Source: an uncultured Candidatus Peribacteria bacterium (lineage in GTDB: Bacteria > Patescibacteriota > Gracilibacteria > Absconditabacterales > Absconditicoccaceae). Taken from it: 52,496 nt of DNA. Where the stretch lies: NCBI GenBank assembly GCA_964494005.1, contig CAZBQE010000001.1:8126-60621 (forward strand), read 5' to 3'. A program made the position numbers and the translations under genes. Shown here in pieces: positions 11,466-22,010 of this stretch. The notes beneath the pieces are model-generated. The model was given only the letters and a program-made list of their open reading frames with translations, had not been told where the DNA came from and ran no database searches. Numbering within the stretch: the first letter of the stretch is position 1; every line of letters begins with the position of its first letter.

Positions 11466-11560
11466 ATCAAAAAAATAACAAATAAACTAGATAAATAAAG
11501 TAATTAGCATTTACTTATTTACTATAAAATGTCAAGAGAAGTGAGTTTTTGTACGCATAC

Positions 11561-11585
11561 AAAAAAAGCCAGCTTATTCGCCGGC
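11561..11585 (-). terminator. rho-independent terminator
   Basis: The minus strand reads GCCGGC-GAATAA-GCTGGC followed by TTTTTTT, immediately after the stop at 11591. Confidence 0.55.
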
Positions 11586-11590
11586 ATATA

Positions 11591-12076
11591 TTATTTTACA
11601 TTAATGTGTTCGATTACACCACTCGTGCAGCCATACTGATCCGTCAGCATATACATTACTTCGTACACGCCAACTTTTTCTGGATTAAATTTTCCGTCAA
11701 AAAATGTTCCATTGACAGACCAAGTTCCACCAGCGGGGTAGCCAGTTAACTGAATCGGACTAGATCCGAGTTTGACTTCTTTTGGCATCCAACCAAAGGA
11801 CACGTAGGGGTGTGGATATACCATAATAATAAATTCTTTTTGATTACATATTAATTTTATGGTACTTCCTCCAGGTACTGTACTTGGATAAAAGACATTA
11901 TCTACTACGCTAGGACCAGACCATTCGCCATCCATGATGGTGGCAAGGTTGAGAGGAGCTGTAGTTACACAGATGTGATTTTCTTCGTCCCAGTTATACG
12001 ATATTTCTACCGCATTTTGACTATACATTACTCCGGTTGCTACAACCAGAAATAATAAGATAAAAAGTGTTTTCAT
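11591..12076 (-). CDS. secreted protein with a Bacteroidota-style signal peptide and Ig-like surface-repeat text
   Basis: MKTLFILLFLVVATGVMYSQ is a signal peptide. The C-terminal text LTGYPAGGTWSVNGTFFDGKFNPEKVGVYEVMYMLTDQYGC resembles Bacteroidota surface-protein repeats. There are no in-frame TGA/CGA/CGG, all four Trp are TGG, and the segment is visibly GC-richer. Confidence 0.65.
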   Translation of the reverse strand: MKTLFILLFLVVATGVMYSQNAVEISYNWDEENHICVTTAPLNLATIMDGEWSGPSVVDNVFYPSTVPGGSTIKLICNQKEFIIMVYPHPYVSFGWMPKEVKLGSSPIQLTGYPAGGTWSVNGTFFDGKFNPEKVGVYEVMYMLTDQYGCTSGVIEHINVK

Positions 12077-12152
12077 AATATAATTTTTTGTTTTAGTTAT
12101 TTTTATTTGTATAAAATACTTATACATATTTACAGATAAATGTCAAGTGAAA

Positions 12153-12878
12153 TTATACTATACAATATCTCACGATTTCCTCTTTTTCTTTATACATATT
12201 ATGCAGTTCTTTCCAGTTCTCGAGTTTATCGATATCGATGTTACCGATTCTCGTTCTTCTCAGTTGGATCAAAGTTCCACCGAGTCCAAGATCCTTACCA
12301 AGTCGATATGCGATAGATCTGATATAGGTTCCCGATCCGACATCGAGTTTGAGCTGTAAGACAGGAAAATCATATTTCAAAATTTCATATTTCTGGACCT
12401 TCATCACCTTATTTTCTTCCCTTATTTTACCTTTTCTCGCATCATCGTACGACTTTTTTCACGCTATCTTTTTTGCACTAAAAGCGGGGAGTGGTAACTC
12501 AAATTCTGGGATTAACTTATCCAACTTTCTGTTTATCTCCCCCAGGCTTGGCACTTCAACACTTCATGACTCCATTTCAAGACCTACAATTTTTCAATTC
12601 TGCATTCTGTATTCAAAATTCTGAATTTTTTCTCGTATTTCCATGTCCCACGTGTCGGTCACCTTCGAAAAATCAATCGTAGCGATATAAGATTTATCCT
12701 TTCAAATAATCTCCGTTAGATTCTTGGTATCATTATCCAATGCCAAAATCATCAGTCCCGTAGCCATAGGATCGAGCGTTCATCCGTGTCAGATTTTTTT
12801 GTGAGGGATATGTTTTCTGAGAATACGAATGACGTCAAAACTTGTTATTCGTGCAGGTTTGTCTACAGCGAGAAACAT
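12153..12878 (-). CDS. truB: tRNA pseudouridine(55) synthase
   Basis: MFLAVDKPA-ITSFDV, KI-G-HG-G-TLDPMATGLMILALDNDTK, DKSYIATIDFSKVTDTWD and GSGTYIRSIAY match TruB. The frame is continuous through 6 TGA. Confidence 0.9.
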
Positions 12879-13004
12879 AAAAAACTAATGAATAATTAAA
12901 AATTAAGAATGCGAAGTCCAGCATAGCTGGGAAAAATGTTGAAATTGTTTTATACTTATTATTGGTATATAACAATAGTTTATAAGTTTACAATTCAATC
13001 ATGA

Positions 13005-13083
13005 GTGCAAAGTTCAAAGTTTTAAGCTCAAAGCAGTAATATTGTTTAAGAAACGGCTTTATGCTTTAAGCTTTAAGCTTGAG
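13005..13083. repeat. heptad-periodic imperfect palindrome, AAAGTT/AAAGC family
   Basis: The arm gtgcaaagttcaaagttttaagctcaaagc faces gctttatgctttaagctttaagcttgag. The same word family occurs at 38458-38541 and inside uvrA at 25812-25890. Confidence 0.75.
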
Positions 13084-13173
13084 ACAAATGTATTATTTAT
13101 GTCTAAATTTAGTTGATTTTGTCTGTCAAACCAATAGTATTTTGGTGATTTTTTATCCTATTCAAACAAAAGC

Positions 13174-13563
13174 ATGAAAAAATTATACGCAGTGCTGTTT
13201 CTTTTTGTATTTCTTATCCTTGCTGGATGTAGTACAGAAGTCGTTATCAATGAAGTCGAGATGACCGGAGAAGTGGAAGAGATAACTGGTGAATTGGAAG
13301 AGATGACAGGTACAGAAGAAATTGTTATTCCAAACTCAGAGATGGAAGAATTTACGTGAGCATTTGATTCAGGTGAAGTTTCTTTAGTGGAAGGTAGCGA
13401 AGAAATAGTCGCTGGAACGATAAGTAAAGAAGTGAAAGGGTTTATTATGAATATTAAAACACTTATTGATCAGAGAAATATACAACCAAAAGATGAAAGT
13501 AAACTAACTGAAGAGGATATTGATTTGATGGAACAAATCATCGAAGAACTAAAAAGTTTATAA
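13174..13563 (+). CDS. lipoprotein (lipobox LAGC), acidic
   Basis: MKKLYAVLFLFVFLILAGC, then EVE/EEMTG repeats. The frame continues through TGA at 13357. Confidence 0.6.
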
Positions 13564-13596
13564 TTATATTGTTGTTTATCTATGTGATAATCTCTA

Positions 13597-13890
13597 ATGA
13601 ATACCTTTTTTGAAATCATCAAGTGAATATTTTTTTTCCTTACCGTAGCTGTAGGGCTCTTTCTTTTGAGAGGAAATGTGATTTTTGGTCCTGAATATTA
13701 CGCTATCATCAAACAGATGCTGATGCCGGGATATCTCGTATTTTGTGGTACCATGTTCGGATATATTGTTGCACGTGTTCAGCTCGGGTATGAAGAAGAT
13801 CATCCTCACAAGAATAGAATTTACGTTAGGTCATTTATTTTCGGTGTCATTTTGGGTATTTTGCTTGCTATACTATACATGTTTATATAA
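13597..13890 (+). CDS. small membrane protein (97 aa)
   Basis: MNTFFEIIK-G-IFFFLTVAVGLFLL followed by two more hydrophobic spans. It joins track ORF 13666-13890 upstream through TGA. Confidence 0.5.
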
Positions 13891-13919
13891 TAAACTTTAG
13901 ACTTTAGATTTTAGACAGT

Positions 13920-14459
13920 ATGAAAAAATATTATATTCTGATTGTATTTTGATTGATATTCCTGCTATCAGGGTGTGCTTCCAAATCTTCATCCTCGATA
14001 TTATTCGACGGATATACGATGAAGTTCTATGATAACGAAGTTCCCTATATTTCAACATCTACTGATACGAGCATCGAAGGGATGATAGTCCTCAAAGAAA
14101 TGAAAGAGGATGTTGTAAAAGGGGATACGGGATTTGTAAATTCATTTATTATTTTTAAGACATCTCTCTATTCATGAGCAGATTTTAGCAAGATTGTGGA
14201 AGCGAATACCAAGACTATGCAGACAAAATTATTGAACTATACGGCGATAGAACACAAAGATAAAAGATTTGATTGTGATAAAAAAGAATATCAGTGAGTA
14301 CTTAGCGTTTTCTCTTACGAAATAGAAAAAGAAACGCTGTATACAGTACAATATTTCTTCGCAGACGATGGCTCGATGTACTTACTCTCCTTGGCGAGCG
14401 ATACAAAAAAAGACGTAGATCATTTTACCAAAAGCATACGCAAAATAAATTGCAAATAG
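13920..14459 (+). CDS. lipoprotein (lipobox LSGC)
   Basis: MKKYYILIVF-G-LIFLLSGCASK. The frame is continuous through 3 TGA. Stop is TAG at 14457. Confidence 0.6.
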
Positions 14460-14487
14460 ATTATTTTACTCCATTATCTTTATACCC

Positions 14488-15264
14488 ATGGCAAACCAAT
14501 CAGATTTCTTTAATGAACCGAGCAACCTCAGCTGACGGCAGTTAGTAGGTAAAGTATTTATCGGTGTCCTTATCTGAGCTACAATAGCAGCCTTGCTATT
14601 TATCATTCTTTCATTTATGTGAGGGATGTTTACAAGTGCGTTCGGTCAAGCTGGTACAAGTGCCAATCCTATGCTTTCTATTATCTTGCTTTTTATAGGA
14701 TTTTTGAGTACGTTCATAGGAAATATCGCTGTAGGTGGAATCTATAGTTTATTCTACAATAGAAAATATTACAACACCAACAAAATGTTCGGACTTCTCT
14801 TTTTGACCAATGGAATATTGTTCTTTTTCCTTGCGCCGATTTATTTGATTTTTGCGAATCAAATTAGCATTTTGTTTTTTGTATTAGGATTCCACGTCTT
14901 ATTCTCTGTATTCGTATCAGCTGCTCAGATAGAATTTTCCACTAATCCAAATTATAGCGCATCGTCGTTTATGGGGAATATTCTTGGATTCGCGATAGCA
15001 TTTTTTATGTATGCATTGATATATAAAATGAGCGGTTCAGCAGAACTTCAGCAGAAAATATATTTCTTTATGCTTGTTCCTCCTGTCATAGGATATGCAT
15101 TAATCCCTTTTGGAGCTGGTATTCGAGAAAAGATTTATTACAAATTCTACGAGCTTGGAAATAATGGATTCTATATTCCTTCCGTTACAGAAGTCGTAGA
15201 AGAGGAGGAATCTGTTGATGGAAATAATTTAGGTGGTTCAGAAGATATCAACGTAGAAGGATAA
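14488..15264 (+). CDS. polytopic membrane protein (258 aa)
   Basis: ATG at 14488 is in frame with track ORF 14626-15264 through 3 TGA. There are at least 6 hydrophobic spans and an acidic tail. Confidence 0.65.
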
Positions 15265-15280
15265 AATATTATAATAATGA

Positions 15281-15352
15281 CAAATGATAGATTATAGATG
15301 ATAGATTTTTTCTTTCTCTATTCTTATTTATCATTTATCATTTATCATTTAT
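15281..15352. repeat. heptad-periodic imperfect palindrome (GATAAAT/GATAGAT family)
   Basis: The arm caaatgatagattatagatgatagat faces tatttatcatttatcatttatcattt. The same family occurs at 16865-16943 and 37441-37566. Confidence 0.75.
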
Positions 15353-15371
15353 AATTAGTTATTTTAAAGGT

Positions 15372-15764
15372 ATGCATTTGTATCATATAGCATCATTGGG
15401 GAAATTAGTACTTGGAGTAGTAATTATGTTTATTACTTATACTTCTATCAATGTATATGAAGATCCCGTAGTTGGTATAGGACTTGGTATCCTATGACTT
15501 TTTATTGCTGCGCGATGAGCAAGTTTTTATCTGTTTATCATGATACAAAAACGATTTCGTGATGTATCGCCTGATCGTTTGATCAAAGATAGCTATAAGC
15601 TTTCTCTGCTGTTTGGAATATTTGTTCTTATCAATGCATTATTTTTACTCTTGTGATATCGAAGCAAATTCCTTTGATTGATATTGCTCGTAGGATTTAT
15701 TATTTTACAGGTACTTTTATTCTCTGAGCAAAAACAAGAAACTAATGAGTTCCCAGATTTCTAA
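15372..15764 (+). CDS. small membrane protein (130 aa)
   Basis: ATG-started frame through 4 TGA with four hydrophobic spans. It overlaps the next gene by 20 nt. Confidence 0.5.
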
Positions 15765-16062
15765 AACAGAGCTGATAATAGAAAAACTCAAGACCGTCTA
15801 TGATCCTGAGTTCCCTATGATCGATTTATATACCTTGTGATTGATTTACCAAGTAGATATTGATGAACCCAAAAAAATAGTAAACATTCTTATGACGTTT
15901 ACGACGCCATTTTGTCCTATGGCAGACATGATAAAAGAAATGATTCAGAATGCTATTCTCGAGGTAGTGCCTACCTTCACCGTTGAGATAACCGTAACCT
16001 TCGAACCACCTCGGAATCAGACTATGATCAAAGATCCAGATTTACAGAGAATGTTTCAATAG
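15745..16062 (+). CDS. DUF59 / MIP18-SufT-type Fe-S assembly protein
   Basis: LKTVYDPEFPMIDLYTL-G-LIYQVDID, LMTFTTPFCPMADMI and VTFEPP-[CGG]-NQTMI match the family. The conserved PPW needs CGG=Trp. Confidence 0.8.
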
Positions 16063-16078
16063 CTTTTATAGAAAAAAA

Positions 16079-16126
16079 CCCGGCCATGCATTCCGGGTTT
16101 TTTTGTTCGCACCCGGGTGGGTGCGA
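16079..16126. terminator. two adjacent hairpins forming a bidirectional terminator between convergent genes
   Basis: AAAAAAA-cccgg-ccatgcatt-ccggg-TTTTTTT is followed by tcgcaccc-gggt-gggtgcga. Confidence 0.6.
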
Positions 16127-16150
16127 GTATTATTTTTAGTTCTTTACTGG

Positions 16151-16756
16151 TTATTTATTTCACATTCCCATTCCGCGTCCCTGTCTCATTCCATCTTTCA
16201 TTCTTTGTCCCATACCTTCACCTTTTGGTCATGGTAGTCCAAGTTCTTCACCTATAGTTCTCGCTTTTTCTTGATAGGTATGCATTTCTTGTAATTGTTT
16301 GAATTTTGCTTCTGTATTAATTATTTCTCCCATAGGAGAGTCTTTGTGAAGTGCTATCCATGCGTCATAATTACCTTTTTTCAAAGCTTCATTAGCTTGT
16401 TCACGGATTTTTTCCATTTCAGCTCTTCTTGTTTCTGCTTCTGATCTTCTAGTAATCATCTCATTGAATTCATCTTCTGTTGCGATATTTTCTACACCAT
16501 ACTTCGTATGAGCAGCTTTGAAAGCGCTATAATCTTTCTTTTCGATAGCAGCTTCTACAGCAGTTCTAAATGCTTGAGCTTCTTCAGTGTTTTCAAATTG
16601 ATGCATAGGCATCTGTTGATTTCTCATCATTTTGGTTCCTGATCCCATCCCCATTCATCTAGTTGTAGCATTTGCAGCGAAGGTAGATGCTCAGAGAGCA
16701 ATAGTTGCTAGTCAAAGTACTCATACAGTACTAGCTACAATAAATTTTGTTTTCAT
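16151..16756 (-). CDS. secreted protein with Met/Gly-rich termini and an internal two-fold repeat
   Basis: The signal is MKTKFIVASTV-G-VL-G-LATIAL-G-ASTFA. The N-terminus reads GMGMGSGTKMMRNQQMPMHQ and the C-terminus reads GEGMGQRMKDGMRQGRGMGMG. Internal repeats are KKDYSAFKAAH and KGNYDAWIALH. Confidence 0.6.
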
Positions 16757-16864
16757 GTCATTGCCTATTAAAAGTTAAAAGCGTCTTTCTATTTCTAGAT
16801 GACGCCCTCAGTATACACATTGACCTTAAAGGAAACTAAAGATTACCTTAAACCTAATTTAAGG

Positions 16865-16943
16865 AATGATAAATGAGAGATGATATATGATAAATTGATT
16901 GAAAATAAAACAATCTATCATTTCTAATTTATCATTTATCATT
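16865..16943. repeat. heptad-periodic imperfect palindrome (GATAAAT family)
   Basis: The arm aatgataaatgagagatgatatatgataaatt faces aatctatcatttctaatttatcatttatcatt. Confidence 0.7.
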
Positions 16944-16945
16944 GT

Positions 16946-17599
16946 TTATTTAGCAATTTGGTATCCAAATCCCTTTATCGTCTCTATCAATGTCTTTCAT
17001 AATTTTTTTCTAATCGTAGAAATATAAACGTCGAGCTTTGCATCTTCTTCAAAAATTTGATCATTTCCCCGGATCTCTTCGATGATCTCGGTTCTGGAAA
17101 TACTCCTTCATTTTCTCTCCAAAAGATATTCAACAATCTGAAATTCTTTCAAGGTCAGTTTGATTTCTTTGTTGTTTTTGAATATTTTTTTCTGATCTTT
17201 TTCGAGACGAATATTTTTATATTCAATACTATTTGCAGTGCCAGATCTTTTAGTTATCGCTTGTATCCTCGCATCTAGCTCTTTCAAATCAAATGGTTTC
17301 ACGATATAATCATCTGCACCGCAAGCGAATCATTCGAGTTTATCATCGAGTTCTCATTTTGCTGTCGCCATGATAATCGGCGTTGTGGCGTGAGTTTTTC
17401 TGATATTTTTACATAAAGTAATTCCATCCATGCCTGGCAGCATGAGATCCAAAATGATTACATCAAAATGATGATGTTTACAAATCTCCAGTGCATACAA
17501 GCCATTTTCAGCTCGCATCACGTCGTTGTGTTCAAGCTCAAGATATTTTTTGATATTGTTTCCGATAGTTTTGTTGTCTTCGACGAGAAGGATTTTCAT
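16946..17599 (-). CDS. OmpR-family response regulator
   Basis: MKILLVEDNKTIGNNIKKYLE, DVIILDLMLPGMDG, ADDYIVKPFDLKELDARI, and a winged-helix tail LTLKEFQIVEYLLERK. It joins three track ORFs through TGA. Confidence 0.9.
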
Positions 17600-17642
17600 G
17601 ATGATGAATTAGGTAATAAATAATTTTTTATTTTATTTTTTT

Positions 17643-17742
17643 CAAACCCCCAATCCCCCTTGACAGGGGGCTATATGAAAAAACATTTTTTTTATATTTT
17701 TCTTAGCTCCCGCCCTGTCAAGGGAGGGTCGGGGTGGGTTTG
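17643..17742. repeat. GC-rich long inverted repeat (CAAACCCCCAATCCCCCTTGACAGGGGG ... CCCTGTCAAGGGAGGGTCGGGGTGGGTTTG)
   Basis: The arms are about 30 nt with an AT-rich loop of about 40 nt. It sits in the 164-nt gap between the histidine kinase stop and the response regulator start. Confidence 0.8.
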
Positions 17743-17763
17743 TTTATTTTTTTTATTTTTATT

Positions 17764-19059
17764 TTAGAAGCTTATAGTACACACCGTTCATTTACCAACC
17801 TTACTACTCATCGCTATCTTCCAGCCATGTTTCTCTACTAATAATTTCACGAGATATAATCACAATCCAAAACTTTTGGTATCCGTCTTCGATCTATCTG
17901 CCTGCCAAAATCTCTCCCGAATGTGGTCGAGATTACTAGCGGAGATTCACTTTCCGCTATCTTTTATGGTAAGTTTTTTCTTGTCCAAAGTTACTTCAAT
18001 ACTTCATTCATCAGGAGTAAATTTGAATGCGTTATCCAAAATATTTTTTACGATGATATTCCAACTGTCTTTGTGTGCTTGTACAACAACATCATTACTC
18101 ATATGTTTTTTGATAGTGATATTTTTTTTCGCATATATTTTTTGTACATCATCGATAGTCGTTTTTGTATAGAGACTAAGGTCTATAAGTTCTGTAGGTA
18201 AATTGCGTAGAGATTCTAGTTTGCTAATAGTTACTAAGGTTTCCAAAAGCGTGTTCATTCATTTAATTTGCTGTTTTATATTACTTAATCCTTGCTCATA
18301 TCATTTCGTCTTCATCGCATAATCGATTTCTGTGCTCATACTCATCAGCGGAGTTTTCAATTCATGCGAAGCATTACTTACAAAGTCTTTGAGACTCAAT
18401 GTTTGTTTATGAATTTTTTCAAACGCTTCATTAAATTTTTCGCTGACTTTGTTGATCTCATCATCGGGATGTCCGGTGATCCCGATTTTTTCATGCAAAT
18501 TGTCGATGTGCAAATTATCGAGAAATCAGAGTAATTCATTTAATTTTTTCAATGAAGATTTTACGAAAAATAGGGAAAGGATATAGGCGATAGCTCAGAA
18601 GAGAAGCATTAGATACAGACTAATTCGGATGAGGTTTTTTTGTACGATGATATGTTGGGTGACGTTGTTTACGATAAGCTGGTTGTTGATTTCCTTGTAT
18701 ATAAAATACATATCATCCACTTTGGCGATATTTTTCCATCGATGAAGTTGAAGTAAGGTTTGTCATTCAGGACTATTGATAGCAAAAATCTCTGCTTCTG
18801 GCATTCTATTTTTTCCGAGGACCATTTTTTGTTGCATCACAGGATTTAGTCTAGGTGGGATGAGTGCTTCTTGTTTTTTATATCGATTCTGAAAAAATAT
18901 TCCATTCGCCAAAAGGCTAAACAGCAATACTTGCAACATCGTGAACAGCGTAAACTTTACACTAATCTGTGTCGAAGTCTTGAGATTAGAAAAATTGGAT
19001 CTCTCTCGAAGATTCTGAAAATGGGTTTTTATGTCTTCAATTTTTTTTTCAATATACAT
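17764..19059 (-). CDS. sensor histidine kinase
   Basis: Two TM spans, the H-box SNASHELKTPL, the N-box NILDNAFKFTP, and DSGKGIS...HI-[CGG]-ERFWQADRS...G-LGLYLVK. Four track ORFs are joined through TGA. Confidence 0.85.
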
Positions 19060-19248
19060 GGTTTAGAAATTAGAAATTGAAAATTAGAAATTATATTACG
19101 GATATACCTTAAATAAACATTAAATACAAAATTACCATCAACGTTATGTATATATCAAAAATACACATCACAAGAACAAAGTCAAGTAATGTTGACTTTT
19201 GTAAATATAACTATATAGTATAAAAAATTTATTTTTTCTACGAATACT

Positions 19249-19578
19249 ATGATTACCTGTGATACACTTCATATGTTGACCAAAGATACTGAACATCTTC
19301 CAGAGTCGAGCTTTTATCTTTGATGTGCGGATATATTGGTCAAAGAAGCTACCAAAAATATAAACAAGAAAACAATAAGAGATAGTCGTTATAGATTCTT
19401 GCAGGAAATAGAGCAGTCGCTTGCATATGCACTTAATCTTTTTGATGAAGACAAAAAACATTATACAGAAATACAAAAACAATGATTTCTTGAGAAAAAA
19501 GTTTGTGTAGATCATCAGATCAAAGCTTTGCAGGTGAAGTGTGTAAAATTATTGATTACTGAGCTGAAAGTGGTGTAA
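19249..19578 (+). CDS. hypothetical protein (109 aa)
   Basis: ATG frame with 2 TGA, followed immediately by a good terminator. Preferred over the antisense track ORF 19168-19515. Confidence 0.4.
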
Positions 19579-19600
19579 ATAATAAATTTATTTTAAATAA

Positions 19601-19625
19601 AAAAATCCGCACTAGGCGGATTTTT
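19601..19625. terminator. bidirectional rho-independent terminator
   Basis: AAAAA-tccgc-actag-gcgga-TTTTT lies between convergent genes. Confidence 0.6.
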
Positions 19626-19641
19626 GTGTATGAGTAGGATA

Positions 19642-20757
19642 TTATAACGTCTTATCAGTCACTATTTTCCCTTTTACACACCCGTTCAAAGCATCTCTCT
19701 TGACTGCTTCAGATCGGAATTTCGTTAAAACCGTTGTAGAAGTGTAGGTCACTGGCCGTTTTTCCAATAATCACTTCATAACGATATAGCTTTCACAGAC
19801 GATGTATTTGCTTGGATTGGTAGTTTTTCCAATCATCTTGTTGGCGTAGGCAGTTCTTCGTTCTGGATAATATTGATTACTGAAACTCACATACGTGAAA
19901 CTGATATCCTTCTTGGTAATTAATGGCATTTCGTATTTTTTCAATAAGTAGATGACCGCATCCATAAGCGTTTGATTGCCGATAGTTGTTGGTGCTACAG
20001 GATCTGGTTCTGCTAATGTATCTACGGATGTTCAGATAACAGTTCCTGTTGCTTCTTTGACTTCTGAATCTTCTATAATATCGCTAAGGATTTCAGATGA
20101 TTCGATAGTTCATGTTGTTCATAGTCCAGTTCCCAATATTTCACCTTCTCCAGTAAAGATATATCCATCATGTGGAATAACATCTTGTCCGAGAAAGTTA
20201 TGAACAATATAGTCTTGGAATGAAGCTTGATAGTCTTTGTGTACGTGATAATAATCATATGCTGTCAAAGCGATACTGAGCACCAATAATATGATGTATA
20301 TTTTGGTTCCTATCAACGATCGGAATGTTTTGGTGATGCGATGTTTGAAAATGAATGTGAGTGAAATAAAGACTATGAATCAGAGAGATAATACAAAGAC
20401 AAGCATAATTTCCGGTGATGCAGTATTGTATTGGAACATAAAGAAAATGATTATAGCTACCAAAAAACTTGTGATAGCAGGCAGAGCAAGTTCTTTCTTT
20501 TTTTTGCGATCTTTGAGGGGACTGCGAACATGTTCGTGGAATGTGACTGTGGGTTCATGTATTGTTTTCTTTTCTGGAGTTTTTTCAACTTCAAAAGTTC
20601 ATTCGATAGTATTATAGAGGATACCGATTAGGATAATAGCTACGAGATTGATTGCTCCCAATCGAAAAAAATTCCCTTGTCCTCGAAGAATACCTATAAT
20701 GATAGGTTGTAGGACGAAAAAATAGATACTAAATAAGAGAAAAAGATTTTTTTTCAT
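19642..20757 (-). CDS. membrane protein (371 aa, about 4 TM, extracytoplasmic C-terminal domain)
   Basis: Track ORFs 20119-20316 and 19771-19965 plus unlisted segments share one frame through 7 TGA. It starts MKKNLFLLFSIYFFVLQPIIIG. Confidence 0.6.
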
Positions 20758-20939
20758 CGCTCATTTATAGAATAAAATAAAAATGTCAATTATTTTTACC
20801 TATATATCGGCATATATACACAATACCAAGTATTTTTCAAGGACAAAAGTTGCAAAATATAGAGAAAGGAATAGAATTATGATAGAACTTAGAACGTAGA
20901 TAGTAGAACTTAGATATTGAATAGTATTTATTTTATTTT

Positions 20940-21443
20940 ATGTTAGTTATGAAAAAACTTATTATCTGATGAATTATAATGTATGCAAGCCTGATCGTTG
21001 TATGATACGCTCAGATGATAGTTCCTGATTCCTCGAATTATATTCTTAATGAAAATGATCAACAAGTGCTCAATACAGAAGGTATAAATGATCCATTGAG
21101 AGATGGTGCATACAATATCACACAAACAAATGATCCTTCAAGCCCTTTGGATGTAGTGAGTTCAGATGATAAAATTGCTACTCATCAGAATGCTCAAAAT
21201 AAAACATTGCATATCATCAAAAGTATTATCAATTATGCTTTAGGTTTGGTGAGTCTTGTTGCTTTAGTATATCTCATCTATCATGGTTTCCTTATTGTGA
21301 CTGCTTCAGGTGACGATACGCAATACAAAAAAGGCCTCAAAGGTATCAAATTCGCTGCTATTGCATTGGTGGGAATTGGATTGAGCTGGCTTATTGTAAG
21401 TCTCATATTCCGATTGATAGCTTTAATTATTTGACCACTTTAG
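20940..21443 (+). CDS. VirB2/TrbC-like (T4SS-type) pilin candidate 1
   Basis: A signal-like N-terminus (MKKLII-GG-IIMYASLIVV-G-YAQ) is followed by the pilin architecture: TM1 LGLVSLVALVYLIYHGFLIV, loop TASGDDTQYKKGLKG, and TM2 FAAIALVGIGLSWLIVSLIF. Confidence 0.55.
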
Positions 21444-21446
21444 AAA

Positions 21447-21986
21447 ATGAACAACAATACACAAAAGCATATATCTAGATATCTCCTTCGAATAGTCGGT
21501 GTGATTTTTGGATGCGGTGCATTTTTGCCTGCGATATCAGTAGCGGAATTACCATCGATATCGACAGAAGAAACAATGTTCCCTTATGAAATCCAATGAC
21601 AAACGTATGACCCGACTACAGAGGTTGCTACAACAGATATAGCATCAGGACTTATAGCTCCTGATGTCACTGAAGATAATGCGAGCTTGATTCAAAGATT
21701 GACAGATTATTTTAGATTGAGTGGAACACAATATGACGATCCTGAAGCGCCAGCAACTAGCTATGTCAAACGAATACTCAATATATTATTATGATTAGTG
21801 AGTCTTCTTTCACTTGTGATGATTATCTTTGCGTTCTATCTGATCTTCTTTTCCAAATGAGATGAGGCAGTGACCAAAGCAAAAAAGATATTGATCGGTG
21901 TAGGAATAGCTCTTGCGATCATGGGATTGTCACGATTTATCGCAAGCTTCTTCTTTGATATTTATGGAACCGTAACTTGAACATAG
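21447..21986 (+). CDS. VirB2/TrbC-like (T4SS-type) pilin candidate 2
   Basis: Same architecture: LL-G-LVSLLSLVMIIFAFYLIFFSK-G-DEAVTKAKKILIGVGIALAIMGLS-[CGA]-FIASFFF. It starts 3 nt after pilin 1. Confidence 0.55.
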
Positions 21987-22010
21987 TTTTATCCTTTATG
22001 GTGTATAATC

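Noticed and set aside
19168-19515. 115-aa minus-strand track ORF
   Set aside because: The plus-strand frame 19249-19578 ends directly at a good terminator. The minus ORF is hydrophobic and low-complexity and lacks any signal. Both are weak, and I kept only the plus gene at low confidence.
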